The notes: generated by a model not told the origin, from the letters alone. 64,000 bases of DNA from Candidatus Heimdallarchaeota archaeon (GCA_020353515.1 CP070695.1:4879466-4943465), one strand, 5' to 3'. Numbered from the stretch's first letter, positions 40,454-50,452 are shown. Numbers and translations: made by a program.

Positions 40454-41143
40454 TCATTCACCTTCATCATTATCATCATTCTGCAAATGGGTTTTAAGCA
40501 TTTTATCGAATGTTGTTAGGAGATCTATTCGGCCTAGTGATAGAGTGAGATCCCCTCGAGTCTTTTCTGTAATATTTCGGGCAAAATCTGTTTTTTTTCG
40601 TAGATTATATGTCAGTCCATCAGGGAAGTCTAGAGTCATTAAATAGGAATAAAGTTCATCCATCAGATCGAGAGCCTTAATAGCAGTTGTATTATCTTTT
40701 CTTCTAAGTGAATCGAGAGTAACTCTACGCAACTCACCGATGAAATCAGGAATACCATGGAGATAGGCTAAGTAGGGTATTTTCAAATCGGTGTAATCGG
40801 GAAAGGGTTTTTTTTGTAGGAATGAAAAAAGGAAAACGGATTCTGCGTATTCTTGATTACACGATAGAACCATTCCAAAAGGTGAGGGATTCATTCGTTT
40901 TGCTAGACCATTGATCTTAGCAATTAACGCAGAATTATCTTCAATGATTTTACTAGCTGTTTCCACTTCTTTCCGATGTAAATGACGGATTGCAAGTGAG
41001 GAATTTCGAATTGAGAGCCGTCCCATTTTTATTAATTCCTCCCGTGTTTCATTATCAGCCTCCAATTTCACTTGGATTTCTGAAAACATCTCTTCTAATT
41101 CAACCATATGAATGACCTGATTTTTAACGATGTTCTTCCTCAT
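40454..41143 (-). CDS. Translin/TRAX family (archaeal C3PO) protein
   Basis: RE.LIK..R, QEYAE, YLHGI.DFIGELRR, LRKK.D. Confidence 0.88.
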   Translation of the reverse strand: MRKNIVKNQVIHMVELEEMFSEIQVKLEADNETREELIKMGRLSIRNSSLAIRHLHRKEVETASKIIEDNSALIAKINGLAKRMNPSPFGMVLSCNQEYAESVFLFSFLQKKPFPDYTDLKIPYLAYLHGIPDFIGELRRVTLDSLRRKDNTTAIKALDLMDELYSYLMTLDFPDGLTYNLRKKTDFARNITEKTRGDLTLSLGRIDLLTTFDKMLKTHLQNDDNDEGE

Positions 41144-41161
41144 ATATATCTAATTTATAGA

Positions 41162-41274
41162 TGCGGGGGGTGAGATTTGAACTCACGAACGCCTATGCGA
41201 CTGGATCCTAAGTCCAGCTCCTTTTATCGGCCTACTTTAAGTAGATTCCTTTGACCTGGCTGGGAAACCCCCGC
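41162..41274 (-). tRNA. tRNA-Leu(TAG) with ~28-nt non-canonical intron in the D arm
   Basis: GCGGGGG/CCCCCGC acceptor stem, CTGGA-CTTAGGA-TCCAG anticodon arm, long variable arm, GTGAG-TTCAAAT-CTCAC T arm; 113 nt versus ~85 expected. Confidence 0.88.
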
Positions 41275-41277
41275 TTT

Positions 41278-41583
41278 TTAGAGCTCTAAATTAATTCCTA
41301 CGGCTTGACGGATGAGTTCAGTAAGTTGATCTTTTACATCTTCTCTTTTTGTTGGTAGTTCCATTATTACAGGGAAAGGATTTTTAGCCATAAAATCAGT
41401 GATTTGCTGATGATAGCGCTCAGCGATGTCTGGAGTCACCAAAATAATACTAATGTCTTTCCTTGACCACAAACTCGATAGAACCTCGTACACATCTTGA
41501 CGATCATCCTTTATGGGATGAACTTCTCCTATTCCAGCCAATTTAAGCCAGGTGCAAGTTTCAGGATCGCCAATCGCAGTCAT
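41278..41583 (-). CDS. atpF: A/V-type ATP synthase subunit F
   Basis: AIGDPET...LKLAGI, DISIILVT, PVIMELP, LIRQAVGI. Confidence 0.88.
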   Translation of the reverse strand: MTAIGDPETCTWLKLAGIGEVHPIKDDRQDVYEVLSSLWSRKDISIILVTPDIAERYHQQITDFMAKNPFPVIMELPTKREDVKDQLTELIRQAVGINLEL

Positions 41584-41603
41584 ATAGATGTTTATTCACC
41601 TCA

Positions 41604-41924
41604 TCAGTTTTCGAGAATGGATTGAATGACGAAATCAACAGCTTTCTCTGTGTTTTTATGAGCTTGTTCTTTTAATTCTTTTATTCGATTTTTTGCTTGA
41701 GACTCAAGTTCCTCTACTTCAGCTTGATATTTTTCGCGTATCTTTTTTAATTGATCAGTCTCAATATCTAATTTTGTCGAATTTACTTGAAGAAGTAGTT
41801 GTTTTGCTTCCGAACGAGCCTCTTCAATGATCTTCTGGGCTTCAAGTGAAGCATCATTAATTATTTGTTCAGCTTTTTTTTCTGCATCACGAATAAGATG
41901 TAATAAATCACTAGTCATTGTCAA
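41604..41924 (-). CDS. A/V-type ATP synthase subunit H/G (peripheral stalk)
   Basis: IRDAEKKAEQII..A..EA.KIIEEAR coiled coil, N.EKAVDFV. Confidence 0.75.
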   Translation of the reverse strand: MTMTSDLLHLIRDAEKKAEQIINDASLEAQKIIEEARSEAKQLLLQVNSTKLDIETDQLKKIREKYQAEVEELESQAKNRIKELKEQAHKNTEKAVDFVIQSILEN

Positions 41925-41949
41925 ACTCTCAACTGTAGTTTAAGAGAAA

Positions 41950-42024
41950 TGGGTCGGAGCAGATTTGAACTGCTGACTTCTTGGGTGTAAGCCAAGTGTC
42001 ATAACCAGGCTAGACCACCGACCC
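41950..42024 (-). tRNA. tRNA-Val(TAC)
   Basis: GGGTCGG/CCGACCC acceptor, CTTGG-CTTACAC-CCAAG anticodon arm, TTCAAAT T loop. Confidence 0.95.
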
Positions 42025-42212
42025 TTTCTAAGATTATTAATGATCTAAGATCGGCGAGCGAAAGATTATATCCTTTTTCAGCCTATTTTACCTTTAATTG
42101 AAAAGGAATTTATATTTTATCGTTTTTAGTACCTTACTCGTCAAACTGTTAAGAGAAATTTCTTTTCATAAAATGATTTCAAAAATCCAATAATGAACAA
42201 AATGGGAAAAAA

Positions 42213-43280
42213 ATGGGTACTCAAATAGGAAAATTGCTATCTAAATGCCGTCATGAGATCGAATATTCTGATCTATACGGAAAAAAAATTGGTATTGACG
42301 CATATAACATGATTTACGCATTTTTGGCACCGATTCGATATCGAGAGACAGGAGGAGGCTACCTCACAGATTCAGATGGGAATGTTACTAGTCATCTCTC
42401 TGGTCTCTTTTACCGAATGACGAATCTTTTACCTTATAATATACGTCCTGTTTTCATTTTTGACGGAAAACCTCCAATATTTAAAGAAAAAGAGATTGAA
42501 ATCAGAAAAGATCGGAAAAAAGAAGCTGCTTTGAAGCGTGAAGAAGCCCTGGCCAAAGGAGATCTTGAAAGCGCAATGAAATTTGCTGCAGTGACTTCTA
42601 AGATCACCCCTCAAATAATAGATGATGCAAGACGACTTGTTGAGTATTTTGGGGTTCCTACACTTCAAGCTGCCTCTGAAGCCGAGGCTCAAGGGGCTTA
42701 TATGGTACAGGAAGGAATGCTAGACGCAATGGCCTCTCAAGACTACGACTCTTTTCTATTTGGAAGTCCCCAAGTCATCCGAAATTTGACTGTAACAAGA
42801 AGAAGAGTTCCAACGAAACAAGGGAACATTGAATTAAATCCAGAGAAAGTAATCTTGGGAGAACTCCTTGAAGAATTAAATTTTGAGAATCGTGATCAAT
42901 TAATTCTACTTGGACTTCTAGTAGGTACTGACTATAATCCTGGTGGAATTAGAGGTATTGGTCCAAAAACAGCTTTAAAATTAGTACATCAATATAACTC
43001 CCCAAATTCCCTCCTCGAATATCTAGATGCGAAATACTCCATTAAAAAGATTTTTCCCCACCCTCCAAAGGGATTACTGGATTATTTCAGATCTCCCGAG
43101 GTTGACGAAGATATTAAATTCACTTTTCGCAAACCTCAGCTTTCTAAAATCAAGGAATTTCTTGTTGAAGAACGTGATTTCGGTAAAGATCGCATCGAAG
43201 GAGCTTTACAGCGAATGGTTTCAAGAAGACGAAAAATTAAACAAAAAGCGGATCAACGGGCTCTTGACCAATTTTTTTAG
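42213..43280 (+). CDS. fen: Flap endonuclease 1
   Basis: DAYNMIY.FL, TSHLSG, FDGKPP, EAEAQ, SQDYD, GTDYN.GG..GIGPK, C-terminal PIP box QRALDQFF. Confidence 0.96.
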   Translation: MGTQIGKLLSKCRHEIEYSDLYGKKIGIDAYNMIYAFLAPIRYRETGGGYLTDSDGNVTSHLSGLFYRMTNLLPYNIRPVFIFDGKPPIFKEKEIEIRKDRKKEAALKREEALAKGDLESAMKFAAVTSKITPQIIDDARRLVEYFGVPTLQAASEAEAQGAYMVQEGMLDAMASQDYDSFLFGSPQVIRNLTVTRRRVPTKQGNIELNPEKVILGELLEELNFENRDQLILLGLLVGTDYNPGGIRGIGPKTALKLVHQYNSPNSLLEYLDAKYSIKKIFPHPPKGLLDYFRSPEVDEDIKFTFRKPQLSKIKEFLVEERDFGKDRIEGALQRMVSRRRKIKQKADQRALDQFF

Positions 43281-43291
43281 TTTTATTCGAT

Positions 43292-43987
43292 TTAGACCCC
43301 ATATTTACCTCTCAGTGGTACAAAAGCAACTGATGATAATCTTTCTTCTACTAATTCCGTGTCACTGACTTTTCGATAGCGAGTCATCTGCTGCCAAAGT
43401 CCTGGTCTACCCAGAGGCATCACTAATGTTCCATCAATACGTAATTGTTTTATTAGAGGAGGAGGAACTGTTGGTCCAGCAGCAGTTAAGATAATACGAT
43501 CATAAGGCGCCTCCTCTTCATACCCTAGTGTCCCATCTCCCTCAATAACAGTAACCAAATGATCAAAACCAGCACTATTCAGGTTCTCTCTCGCAAACTC
43601 AATTAATTTAGATACAATTTCAATGGAATACACATGTCCCTTAGCCTCCTCATCTGCTACTACAGCTGCAATAAGTGCTGCCTGATAACCAGATCCAGCA
43701 CCGATTTCAAGGATTTTTTGGCCAGGAGATAATTCGAGGTAATCTAAAATCATTATTGTCATGTGTGGAGCAGAAATTGTTTGGCCAGTATTCATTAAGG
43801 GTAAAGGATGGTCTATATAAGCGGATGACATTAATTTCTTTGGGACGAATTTTTCCCGTGGAACACGCATGAAGGCCTTAAATGCTTTTTCGTCCTTAAC
43901 ATACCCTCTTCGCCGATAATGGTCAATTAATCGTTCCTTTACCGCTTTATGATTATCCATATGAATTACCCTAAAGGTTATTGCCAA
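43292..43987 (-). CDS. pcm: Protein-L-isoaspartate O-methyltransferase (start possibly 43960)
   Basis: VPRE.FVP, GQTISAPHM, LEIGAGSGY, APYDRI, V.FVPL. Confidence 0.93.
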   Translation of the reverse strand: MAITFRVIHMDNHKAVKERLIDHYRRRGYVKDEKAFKAFMRVPREKFVPKKLMSSAYIDHPLPLMNTGQTISAPHMTIMILDYLELSPGQKILEIGAGSGYQAALIAAVVADEEAKGHVYSIEIVSKLIEFARENLNSAGFDHLVTVIEGDGTLGYEEEAPYDRIILTAAGPTVPPPLIKQLRIDGTLVMPLGRPGLWQQMTRYRKVSDTELVEERLSSVAFVPLRGKYGV

Positions 43988-43997
43988 GAAACTTCAT

Positions 43998-45077
43998 CTA
44001 ATTGATTTGAAGATCAATATTCACTTGAATTCGAGAGGGAGATACCTCTCTACCTACTTTAATATATTGTTCCTTATAAGAAATGACGTCACCTAATTCT
44101 TTTGAGACTTTGTGACGGATTTGTGTTTCAGGAGTTTCTGATTTTGAAATGAACTGATAAAAAGTGATAATTCCCCCCTTTTTCAATAATTTTGCACCGT
44201 ATGGAAGATAATTCACTGAAACTTGTGGAAGATTTATTATTACACGATCAAAATGGCTTTGCAACCTCAATATATTCAATGAATCCCCTATAATAGGATT
44301 AATATTACCCTTGAGTTTATTTTTTTTAATACTCCTTTTTAAGGCATTTATTGCATAAGAATTGATATCAATTGCTACTACATCGCAGGATGTTTTTTTT
44401 GCACAATGTAAGGCAAATGATCCTACTCCAGTGAATAAGTCAAGAATCCTCTCCCCTGGATTCACTGACATAGCTACACGATGATGTTCTTCTGCTAGGC
44501 GTGGATTAAAATATGCACGCAAATCAATGAAGATAAATACACCATATTCTTGATGCCAACTTTGCCAAATTCTCTTCCCAGCCAAATGCTCTATAGGATA
44601 AACTCGTTTGACTCCTACAACTATATCACTCTTATTTATCACTGCCTTGAGTCTAGGTGAGCGAGATAATATTAATTCACCCACTCGTTGACGAATTGAC
44701 TGGGAAGTAATAGATGAATTTAATTTTAAAACTGCTATTTCCCCTATTTGATCATATTTTAAGGATATATCTTCCCATTTAATATGAGGAAATTCTTTTT
44801 GAAGACATAGTTTTATTGGTTCCTGTTCTAGCCGACTAGAAAATAGTTTTTGTTGAAATTCAAAGGTAATATCGCTTAGCAGGCTTGGAATTTGCTTGGG
44901 ATCAGTGATAGGGAAAAATACCAGCTCTTTTGTCTTGATTGGTTTTTTTTGTTGAAGAAGAAGTTTAGATTTGATTAATCGGTGACGAACCATTTCAGCA
45001 TCTTTGAGGGGAACACCAACCCCTAACGTTGATTGTTCGTTTGGTATTGGCTCGCCACTCCATACATTCACTGACAA
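43998..45077 (-). CDS. Trm5/Taw2-family tRNA (m1G37/wyosine) methyltransferase
   Basis: YDQIGEIA, YFNPRL..E, DLFTGVGSF, DIN, NLP. Confidence 0.85.
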   Translation of the reverse strand: MSVNVWSGEPIPNEQSTLGVGVPLKDAEMVRHRLIKSKLLLQQKKPIKTKELVFFPITDPKQIPSLLSDITFEFQQKLFSSRLEQEPIKLCLQKEFPHIKWEDISLKYDQIGEIAVLKLNSSITSQSIRQRVGELILSRSPRLKAVINKSDIVVGVKRVYPIEHLAGKRIWQSWHQEYGVFIFIDLRAYFNPRLAEEHHRVAMSVNPGERILDLFTGVGSFALHCAKKTSCDVVAIDINSYAINALKRSIKKNKLKGNINPIIGDSLNILRLQSHFDRVIINLPQVSVNYLPYGAKLLKKGGIITFYQFISKSETPETQIRHKVSKELGDVISYKEQYIKVGREVSPSRIQVNIDLQIN

Positions 45078-45093
45078 TGAAACTAGATATTAA

Positions 45094-45167
45094 CGGGCGC
45101 AGAGGGACTTGAACCCCCGACCAATGGGTTAAGAGCCCACCGCTCTACCTTGCTGAGCTATGCGCCC
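45094..45167 (-). tRNA. tRNA-Lys(CTT)
   Basis: GGGCGCA/TGCGCCC acceptor, GTGGG-CTCTTAA-CCCAT anticodon arm, TTCAAGT T loop. Confidence 0.95.
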
Positions 45168-45361
45168 CTGGCATTGTTATTTTTTCGTTTTAACAGGAGT
45201 TATAAAAATAATGACTTTCTGTAATTTTGTATGTTTCTACTTAGTTACGCAAAAATGACGTTAAATAAATCATCAATTCCATCGAAGTGGGGAAAAAGTA
45301 ATTACCCGAAAAAAAACAAGGTTTTAACACATGAGTATAGAACCTCTATGGATGAGTTCTT

Positions 45362-46075
45362 ATGAAAAAACCTAAGAACAAAGAGGAAATTGAGATTAGT
45401 GATTATCTAAACTTACTTATTGCGATAGGTAAAATGGGGGGTATCCGTCGTCCAGTATTCAGTACTACAAGCGAGTTAGGCAGAACAGTAGGGATTTCTC
45501 AACAAAGTGCGTCAAGAAAACTTACAAAATTAGAAAATTCTAATTATATTGTTCGCAATTATAAGCAACGAGGAAATACAATTAAAATAACACCTATTGG
45601 AGTTGCTGCACTTGAACATGTTTTTACCGATTTATGGATGATTTTATCAGCTGAAGGACGAGAAATTAGTGAGAAAATTGTTATAAAAGGGACAGTTTGT
45701 ACAGGAATGGGTGAGGGGGCGTATTATATGAGTCAAAAAGAATATCTAAATCAGTTTGCTTCGCTCTTAGAATTTGAACCTTATCCTGGTACCCTGAATC
45801 TCCAATTATTAGAAGATTCCAGTCTAAGAAATTTTGAACGTTTATTACGTAGTCCTTCTAAATTCATAAAAGAGTTCACAAAAGAAGGACGAAGATTCGG
45901 GAAGGTTTTTGTTTGGCCAACCTATCTGTTAATAGGAAATAGAAAGATATCAGCGGCATTGATTCATCCAGATAGAACCCATCATAATAATCAGATCGAG
46001 ATAATTGCTAAAGAACACATTAAAACAACCTATGAAATTAAGGATGGAGATGAATTAGAACTAATTCTACAATAG
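45362..46075 (+). CDS. ribK: CTP-dependent riboflavin kinase with N-terminal HTH (RbkR-type)
   Basis: SQQSASRKL HTH; G.V.TGMGEG.YY, PYPGTLN, PDRTHH, IEIIA. Confidence 0.92.
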   Translation: MKKPKNKEEIEISDYLNLLIAIGKMGGIRRPVFSTTSELGRTVGISQQSASRKLTKLENSNYIVRNYKQRGNTIKITPIGVAALEHVFTDLWMILSAEGREISEKIVIKGTVCTGMGEGAYYMSQKEYLNQFASLLEFEPYPGTLNLQLLEDSSLRNFERLLRSPSKFIKEFTKEGRRFGKVFVWPTYLLIGNRKISAALIHPDRTHHNNQIEIIAKEHIKTTYEIKDGDELELILQ

Positions 46076-46097
46076 ATGATATTTATCTCACAGTTTT

Positions 46098-46772
46098 TTA
46101 CTCAAAAGAATGCTCGTCAAGGTTCTCAAATTTTAGAGAAGACTTCTCATTAGGGATTCTCGCTTCCAATTTAATAATTTCAGTATTTTGAAGTCCAAGG
46201 TCAGTCAATGATTTTGACAATTTATCCTCTGAGAGAGTTTGATCGTATCCTAAGATAATTACATCAGGTTTAACCTCAAAGACGATATCAAGGAATTTTT
46301 GGGGATCAGAAGCTCCTTTCTTTACAAAATCTACTATATCAATGTGTGAAAGTAATTCTACCCGATTAACCTGACTATTGAGGGGTTTACGCCCTTTATT
46401 CGCTTCTACAGTTTCATCAGAAGCCACTATCACAAAGAGTATATCACCATAATTTTTGGCTTCTTTTAGTGTTTTCAAGTGACCCAAGTGGACAATATCA
46501 AAAACTCCGCCCGTAAGAACTACCTTTAGGTTGTTCTTACCCCCTTCGGTAATAGAATAATGATCTGGTTTATCTGCAACTGATTTTATCATATGAAGAC
46601 TTTTCAGTACTGACAGAAGTGCTACGCCTTCCTCCTGTGTTCGTTTTATTTTCTTTGCAAAATCAGATACATTAAAACTTCCTTTCTGAAAGGTTAGTAA
46701 GTATGCTGTTTTTAAAAATTCCTTAAGAAGTGTATGGAATACCTGATCTGAGGGTTTTAATTCACTGTTCAT
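46098..46772 (-). CDS. ribL: FAD synthetase (cytidyltransferase fold) with N-terminal winged-helix extension
   Basis: GGVFDIVHLGH, IVASD, KGRKP, KPDVIILGYDQ, SS; adjacent to ribK. Confidence 0.8.
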   Translation of the reverse strand: MNSELKPSDQVFHTLLKEFLKTAYLLTFQKGSFNVSDFAKKIKRTQEEGVALLSVLKSLHMIKSVADKPDHYSITEGGKNNLKVVLTGGVFDIVHLGHLKTLKEAKNYGDILFVIVASDETVEANKGRKPLNSQVNRVELLSHIDIVDFVKKGASDPQKFLDIVFEVKPDVIILGYDQTLSEDKLSKSLTDLGLQNTEIIKLEARIPNEKSSLKFENLDEHSFE

Positions 46773-46800
46773 CTCAATTGACCAGCGATCGACTAAATTA

Positions 46801-47613
46801 TTAGAATTTTATTGCTTTTTTTCTACTTGAAAGGTCGATATTCCATAAAGTCTGTAAGGCTTCTTCTTCGATGAAATGGAGAGGTTCTGAGCATACTATT
46901 AAAGCTTGAGGAGGACCAATATCTCGCCAAGCTACTGTCTTCACTTCATCAGCATTACCTGGAAGAATAAATTCATTATCTGTTCCAATCTGAGCTAGAC
47001 CAATTACTAAACTTGTTTTAGTAAAGACTGTCTCCTGATTCTTTTCTTCTAATCCCAATAAGATTGAAATTGCCTCATTTATAGAAAGAAATTCTCCAGT
47101 TCTTGTATCAATATCCAAAAGGACTAATGTATGAGCACCTATTTGTTCGTTTAGCTTTATTATTTTATATGGAAATTCACTTGCATTACGTGGAAAAGGG
47201 CATGTCACAGTCCGTCCAAACCGATATGCTGATAATCCAGAAACAGAAGCAGCAGCTGTTAATATTGAAGAATTGTGGATGATTCGACATTTAATACCTT
47301 GTTTAACTGCTTCTATTCTAAGAGAATTATGAGTGGTAGCAATAAATGGATCTCCAGAAATTAATATAGCTGCTGATTTTCCTTTGATCCTTTCTAAAAA
47401 CAAATGATCGTTATTTTCTATATCTTCTCTGTTAAGAATGGTGATATTGGATTTGATTTGATTTAAGAGGGGTGGTATTTCTCCAGGTACGTAATTTGTA
47501 TATTTTTCAATAAATACCTCATCCAATTGTGTTAAAATATCAAGAGTCTCTATTGTACACCCTCTAAGACCAGATGAACCAATACCAATGAAATAAAGTT
47601 CTGTATCAGACAT
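46801..47613 (-). CDS. dph5: Diphthine synthase
   Basis: LYFIGIG, E.YT, GDPFIATTH, IHNSSI, GL..YRFGRTVT, HTLVLLDI. Confidence 0.93.
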   Translation of the reverse strand: MSDTELYFIGIGSSGLRGCTIETLDILTQLDEVFIEKYTNYVPGEIPPLLNQIKSNITILNREDIENNDHLFLERIKGKSAAILISGDPFIATTHNSLRIEAVKQGIKCRIIHNSSILTAAASVSGLSAYRFGRTVTCPFPRNASEFPYKIIKLNEQIGAHTLVLLDIDTRTGEFLSINEAISILLGLEEKNQETVFTKTSLVIGLAQIGTDNEFILPGNADEVKTVAWRDIGPPQALIVCSEPLHFIEEEALQTLWNIDLSSRKKAIKF

Positions 47614-47648
47614 TTTTATTCATTGTCAGAATGGATAGTAGAAGACAT

Positions 47649-48131
47649 TTAGAGCTTGTTTTCCCAAATAGAATCACCTAGATAATGAATATTAAGAATG
47701 ACTTTTCCTCTTGAATTAAGGAGCTCATCAGAAGATTTAAGACTCTTCCCAAGTGCCAACACTGCATTTTGAGGGTTACAAACTGTTACAATACTATTAG
47801 AACTGAATTGTGGACTGACTGATGTAATCCCCTGACCAAAGACATCAGCTCCATTAAGTATATATTTTACTGCTCCTTCATCTACTTTAACAGAAGGGAG
47901 ATCAATGGCGGGATATTCTCTAATAAACTGAATGGATGGTAAATATTGATTCTCAAACAGAAAAAAACTGACTTCCCAGTTACGATTAAATATTAGACTT
48001 TTTGATTTTTCATCATCTTCAGCCATAAACTGTATATTAATTTTCAACTCATCAGGTGATATTTTGGGAGCTAATATTAATGATAAGATCTTTTTTCTGA
48101 ATTTCGAGCCAATTTCTTTTTGGGAAGGCAT
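47649..48131 (-). CDS. PUA-domain RNA-binding protein (MCT-1/Tma20-like)
   Basis: VDEGAVKYILNGADV...GI, GKVI.NIHYLGD.IW. Confidence 0.85.
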   Translation of the reverse strand: MPSQKEIGSKFRKKILSLILAPKISPDELKINIQFMAEDDEKSKSLIFNRNWEVSFFLFENQYLPSIQFIREYPAIDLPSVKVDEGAVKYILNGADVFGQGITSVSPQFSSNSIVTVCNPQNAVLALGKSLKSSDELLNSRGKVILNIHYLGDSIWENKL

Positions 48132-48156
48132 GAATTTCCCGTCTTAAAGGCTTCTT

Positions 48157-50091
48157 TTAGTTGAACCGTAACGTCTCGAGATTTTGGGGAACATCAACTT
48201 TTACATGAAATCGTTTGGACAATGCCTGAGCCAAGGATTGAGAGTTTTTACGTTGACCATGTATGAGAACGATCCTTTCAGGTTTTGGACTTAATTCGCG
48301 AAAATAGTTCATTATTTCATTTTTGTCCGAATGTCCACTAAATCCATCAACCTGATGGATTTCCATTTTTACAGGAAGCATTTTCATTCGACCATCTTCT
48401 ATACTGCGGATTTCTTTTACTCCAGACGCTATTCGTCGGCCGAGGGTTCCCTCAGCTTGATATGATACAAAAACAATTGAATTACGAGGATCCGTTGCTA
48501 GTTCCTTGAAATATTCTACAGAATTACCTCCTGTGAGCATACCTGACGTAGCCATGATAACGACTGGTTTTCCAGTTAAAATTGATTGTCTCTCACTTTG
48601 ATTATCCACAGTTTGAAATATCTCGCTAAGAAAAGGATTGTGGCCTTCATTAAAGATTTGATCTTGTAAGTATGATGATAAGTACTCTGGATGACAAGAA
48701 TGGATAGCAGTGGCTTCAGCAATTAATCCGTCTAGATAAATAGGAACATCTACAAGTTGTCGTTTTCTGTAATAATTTGTTAGAACTACCATCAATTCTT
48801 GTGGCCGCCCTACAGCTAAACTAGGAATCAGAACTTTACCTCCACGCCTTACTGTTTGATTAATGATCTTTACTAGCTGAATTTCAGCATCATTTCGTTT
48901 AGGCATAATATCTCTTGGACCACCATAGGTAGATTCCATGATCATAGCCTCTAAACGGGGAAATTTAGTATTTGCCCGATCTAAGAGTCTAGATCGCCTT
49001 GCTTTGAAATCATTTGCTATAGCAATGTTATACTTCCCGTCTCCAATATGCATATGCATTATTGAAGATCCAAGAATATGACCAGCAGGGGTCATTGTCA
49101 ATCGAACATCATTACTTAGATCAGTAACTTCTCCATACCTACGTGCAATGGTATGTAAAATCATTCTCTTTATGTCACGCTGACTGTAAGGAACGAGCTT
49201 ATTTTCTCGTCCTGCAACCTCGATATAGTCTTTTTGAAGAAGCGTCATGAGGGATAATGTAGCGTCATTAGCATAGACGGGGCCTCTGTACCCCCATTTG
49301 AACAGAAATGGGAGTAAGCCAGAGTGGTCAAGATGAGCATGAGTAATAAGTACAGCATCAATATCAGCAATATCAAATTCAGATGCATTAAAATGTGGAA
49401 ACATCTGATTTGGTTCACGAGACCCTACATTAATTCCACAATCAATAAGGATTTTGGTTTCAACTGTTTCTAAAAGCATACATGATCTCCCTACCTCAGA
49501 AAATCCTCCCAAACCAGTTAACCGAATATAATCATCCTCAATGACCTTGGGACGGTGAATTCGTTTCCCAATATTGAGTAACGCGTGTTTTCGCACTTCT
49601 GATTTATTGGTAAGAGTTTTTCGGATCGAATTAATTAAATGTGATTGGATTGGTGGAGATCTTACAACACGTGGGCGCCACGAAATATCTCTAGCAATTT
49701 CACGGAGAGTAGTCCCACTACGGCCAATAACGGCCCCTGGTTTCTTTGCTTCAATGACGACCTCTCCAAGTTCATCGTCGAATAGCACATTGGTTATTTC
49801 GGCATTCTCAGGTACTATTTCTAATATTCTCGCAGCAGCCTCATCCTTAGCCCTTCGTACCGAAACATCTGATCTAATGACAATTCTTTTTCGTAATGAT
49901 TTTGCTAAACTTTTGACAATATCCCCATTTTCCATTAGAACAGTTGGATTTAAGGAATAGATAACAACAAAAGGTCCTTCAAAAACAACTTTAGAAACTT
50001 GAGCATTCGGTGGTAACTCACTTATGAGATCAGCTTTTAATTGGTCAATCGCTAGCTCACGACTAAATCGCTTTTCCTTTCCTGTATTCAT
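48157..50091 (-). CDS. fttA: Beta-CASP ribonuclease aCPSF1 / transcription termination factor FttA
   Basis: Two KH domains (FEGP, KKPG.VIG), EVGRSC, THAHLDH, AGHILGS, ESTYG, GFSGHSD. Confidence 0.95.
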   Translation of the reverse strand: MNTGKEKRFSRELAIDQLKADLISELPPNAQVSKVVFEGPFVVIYSLNPTVLMENGDIVKSLAKSLRKRIVIRSDVSVRRAKDEAAARILEIVPENAEITNVLFDDELGEVVIEAKKPGAVIGRSGTTLREIARDISWRPRVVRSPPIQSHLINSIRKTLTNKSEVRKHALLNIGKRIHRPKVIEDDYIRLTGLGGFSEVGRSCMLLETVETKILIDCGINVGSREPNQMFPHFNASEFDIADIDAVLITHAHLDHSGLLPFLFKWGYRGPVYANDATLSLMTLLQKDYIEVAGRENKLVPYSQRDIKRMILHTIARRYGEVTDLSNDVRLTMTPAGHILGSSIMHMHIGDGKYNIAIANDFKARRSRLLDRANTKFPRLEAMIMESTYGGPRDIMPKRNDAEIQLVKIINQTVRRGGKVLIPSLAVGRPQELMVVLTNYYRKRQLVDVPIYLDGLIAEATAIHSCHPEYLSSYLQDQIFNEGHNPFLSEIFQTVDNQSERQSILTGKPVVIMATSGMLTGGNSVEYFKELATDPRNSIVFVSYQAEGTLGRRIASGVKEIRSIEDGRMKMLPVKMEIHQVDGFSGHSDKNEIMNYFRELSPKPERIVLIHGQRKNSQSLAQALSKRFHVKVDVPQNLETLRFN

Positions 50092-50452
50092 TAATTTGAA
50101 CCTCTGTGAACTGAAATAATATTAGAACTTTTGGATCTTACCCAAAGTCTCTGAAGACTGAACTCCTTCACGGAAACATTGGTTATAGACAAAAATCCCG
50201 TATTCATTACGAATGATAGTGATTGATAAAGGCATGATAATTTATGTAGATGCCTTCTTTTAACACCAATATAAGGTGTTATTTACGATTATATTTATAG
50301 CTTAAAGCTGGAGATGATGATAAGATATTATAGACTAAACATCGAATGTAAGAGGTTATTGAGAGGAAATAAAAAACATTACAAGAAATAGTCTAATTGA
50401 TATAACTTAAGAGGAAGAAAGATTTTTTCTTATTAAGATTCTCTTGTACACA

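Noticed and set aside
41162-45167. Integrated element at the tRNAs
   Set aside because: No integrase and no duplicated tRNA 3' end; flanks are housekeeping genes
45325-45360. RbkR operator upstream of ribK (two ATGAGT)
   Set aside because: No convincing palindrome, and I cannot verify the consensus
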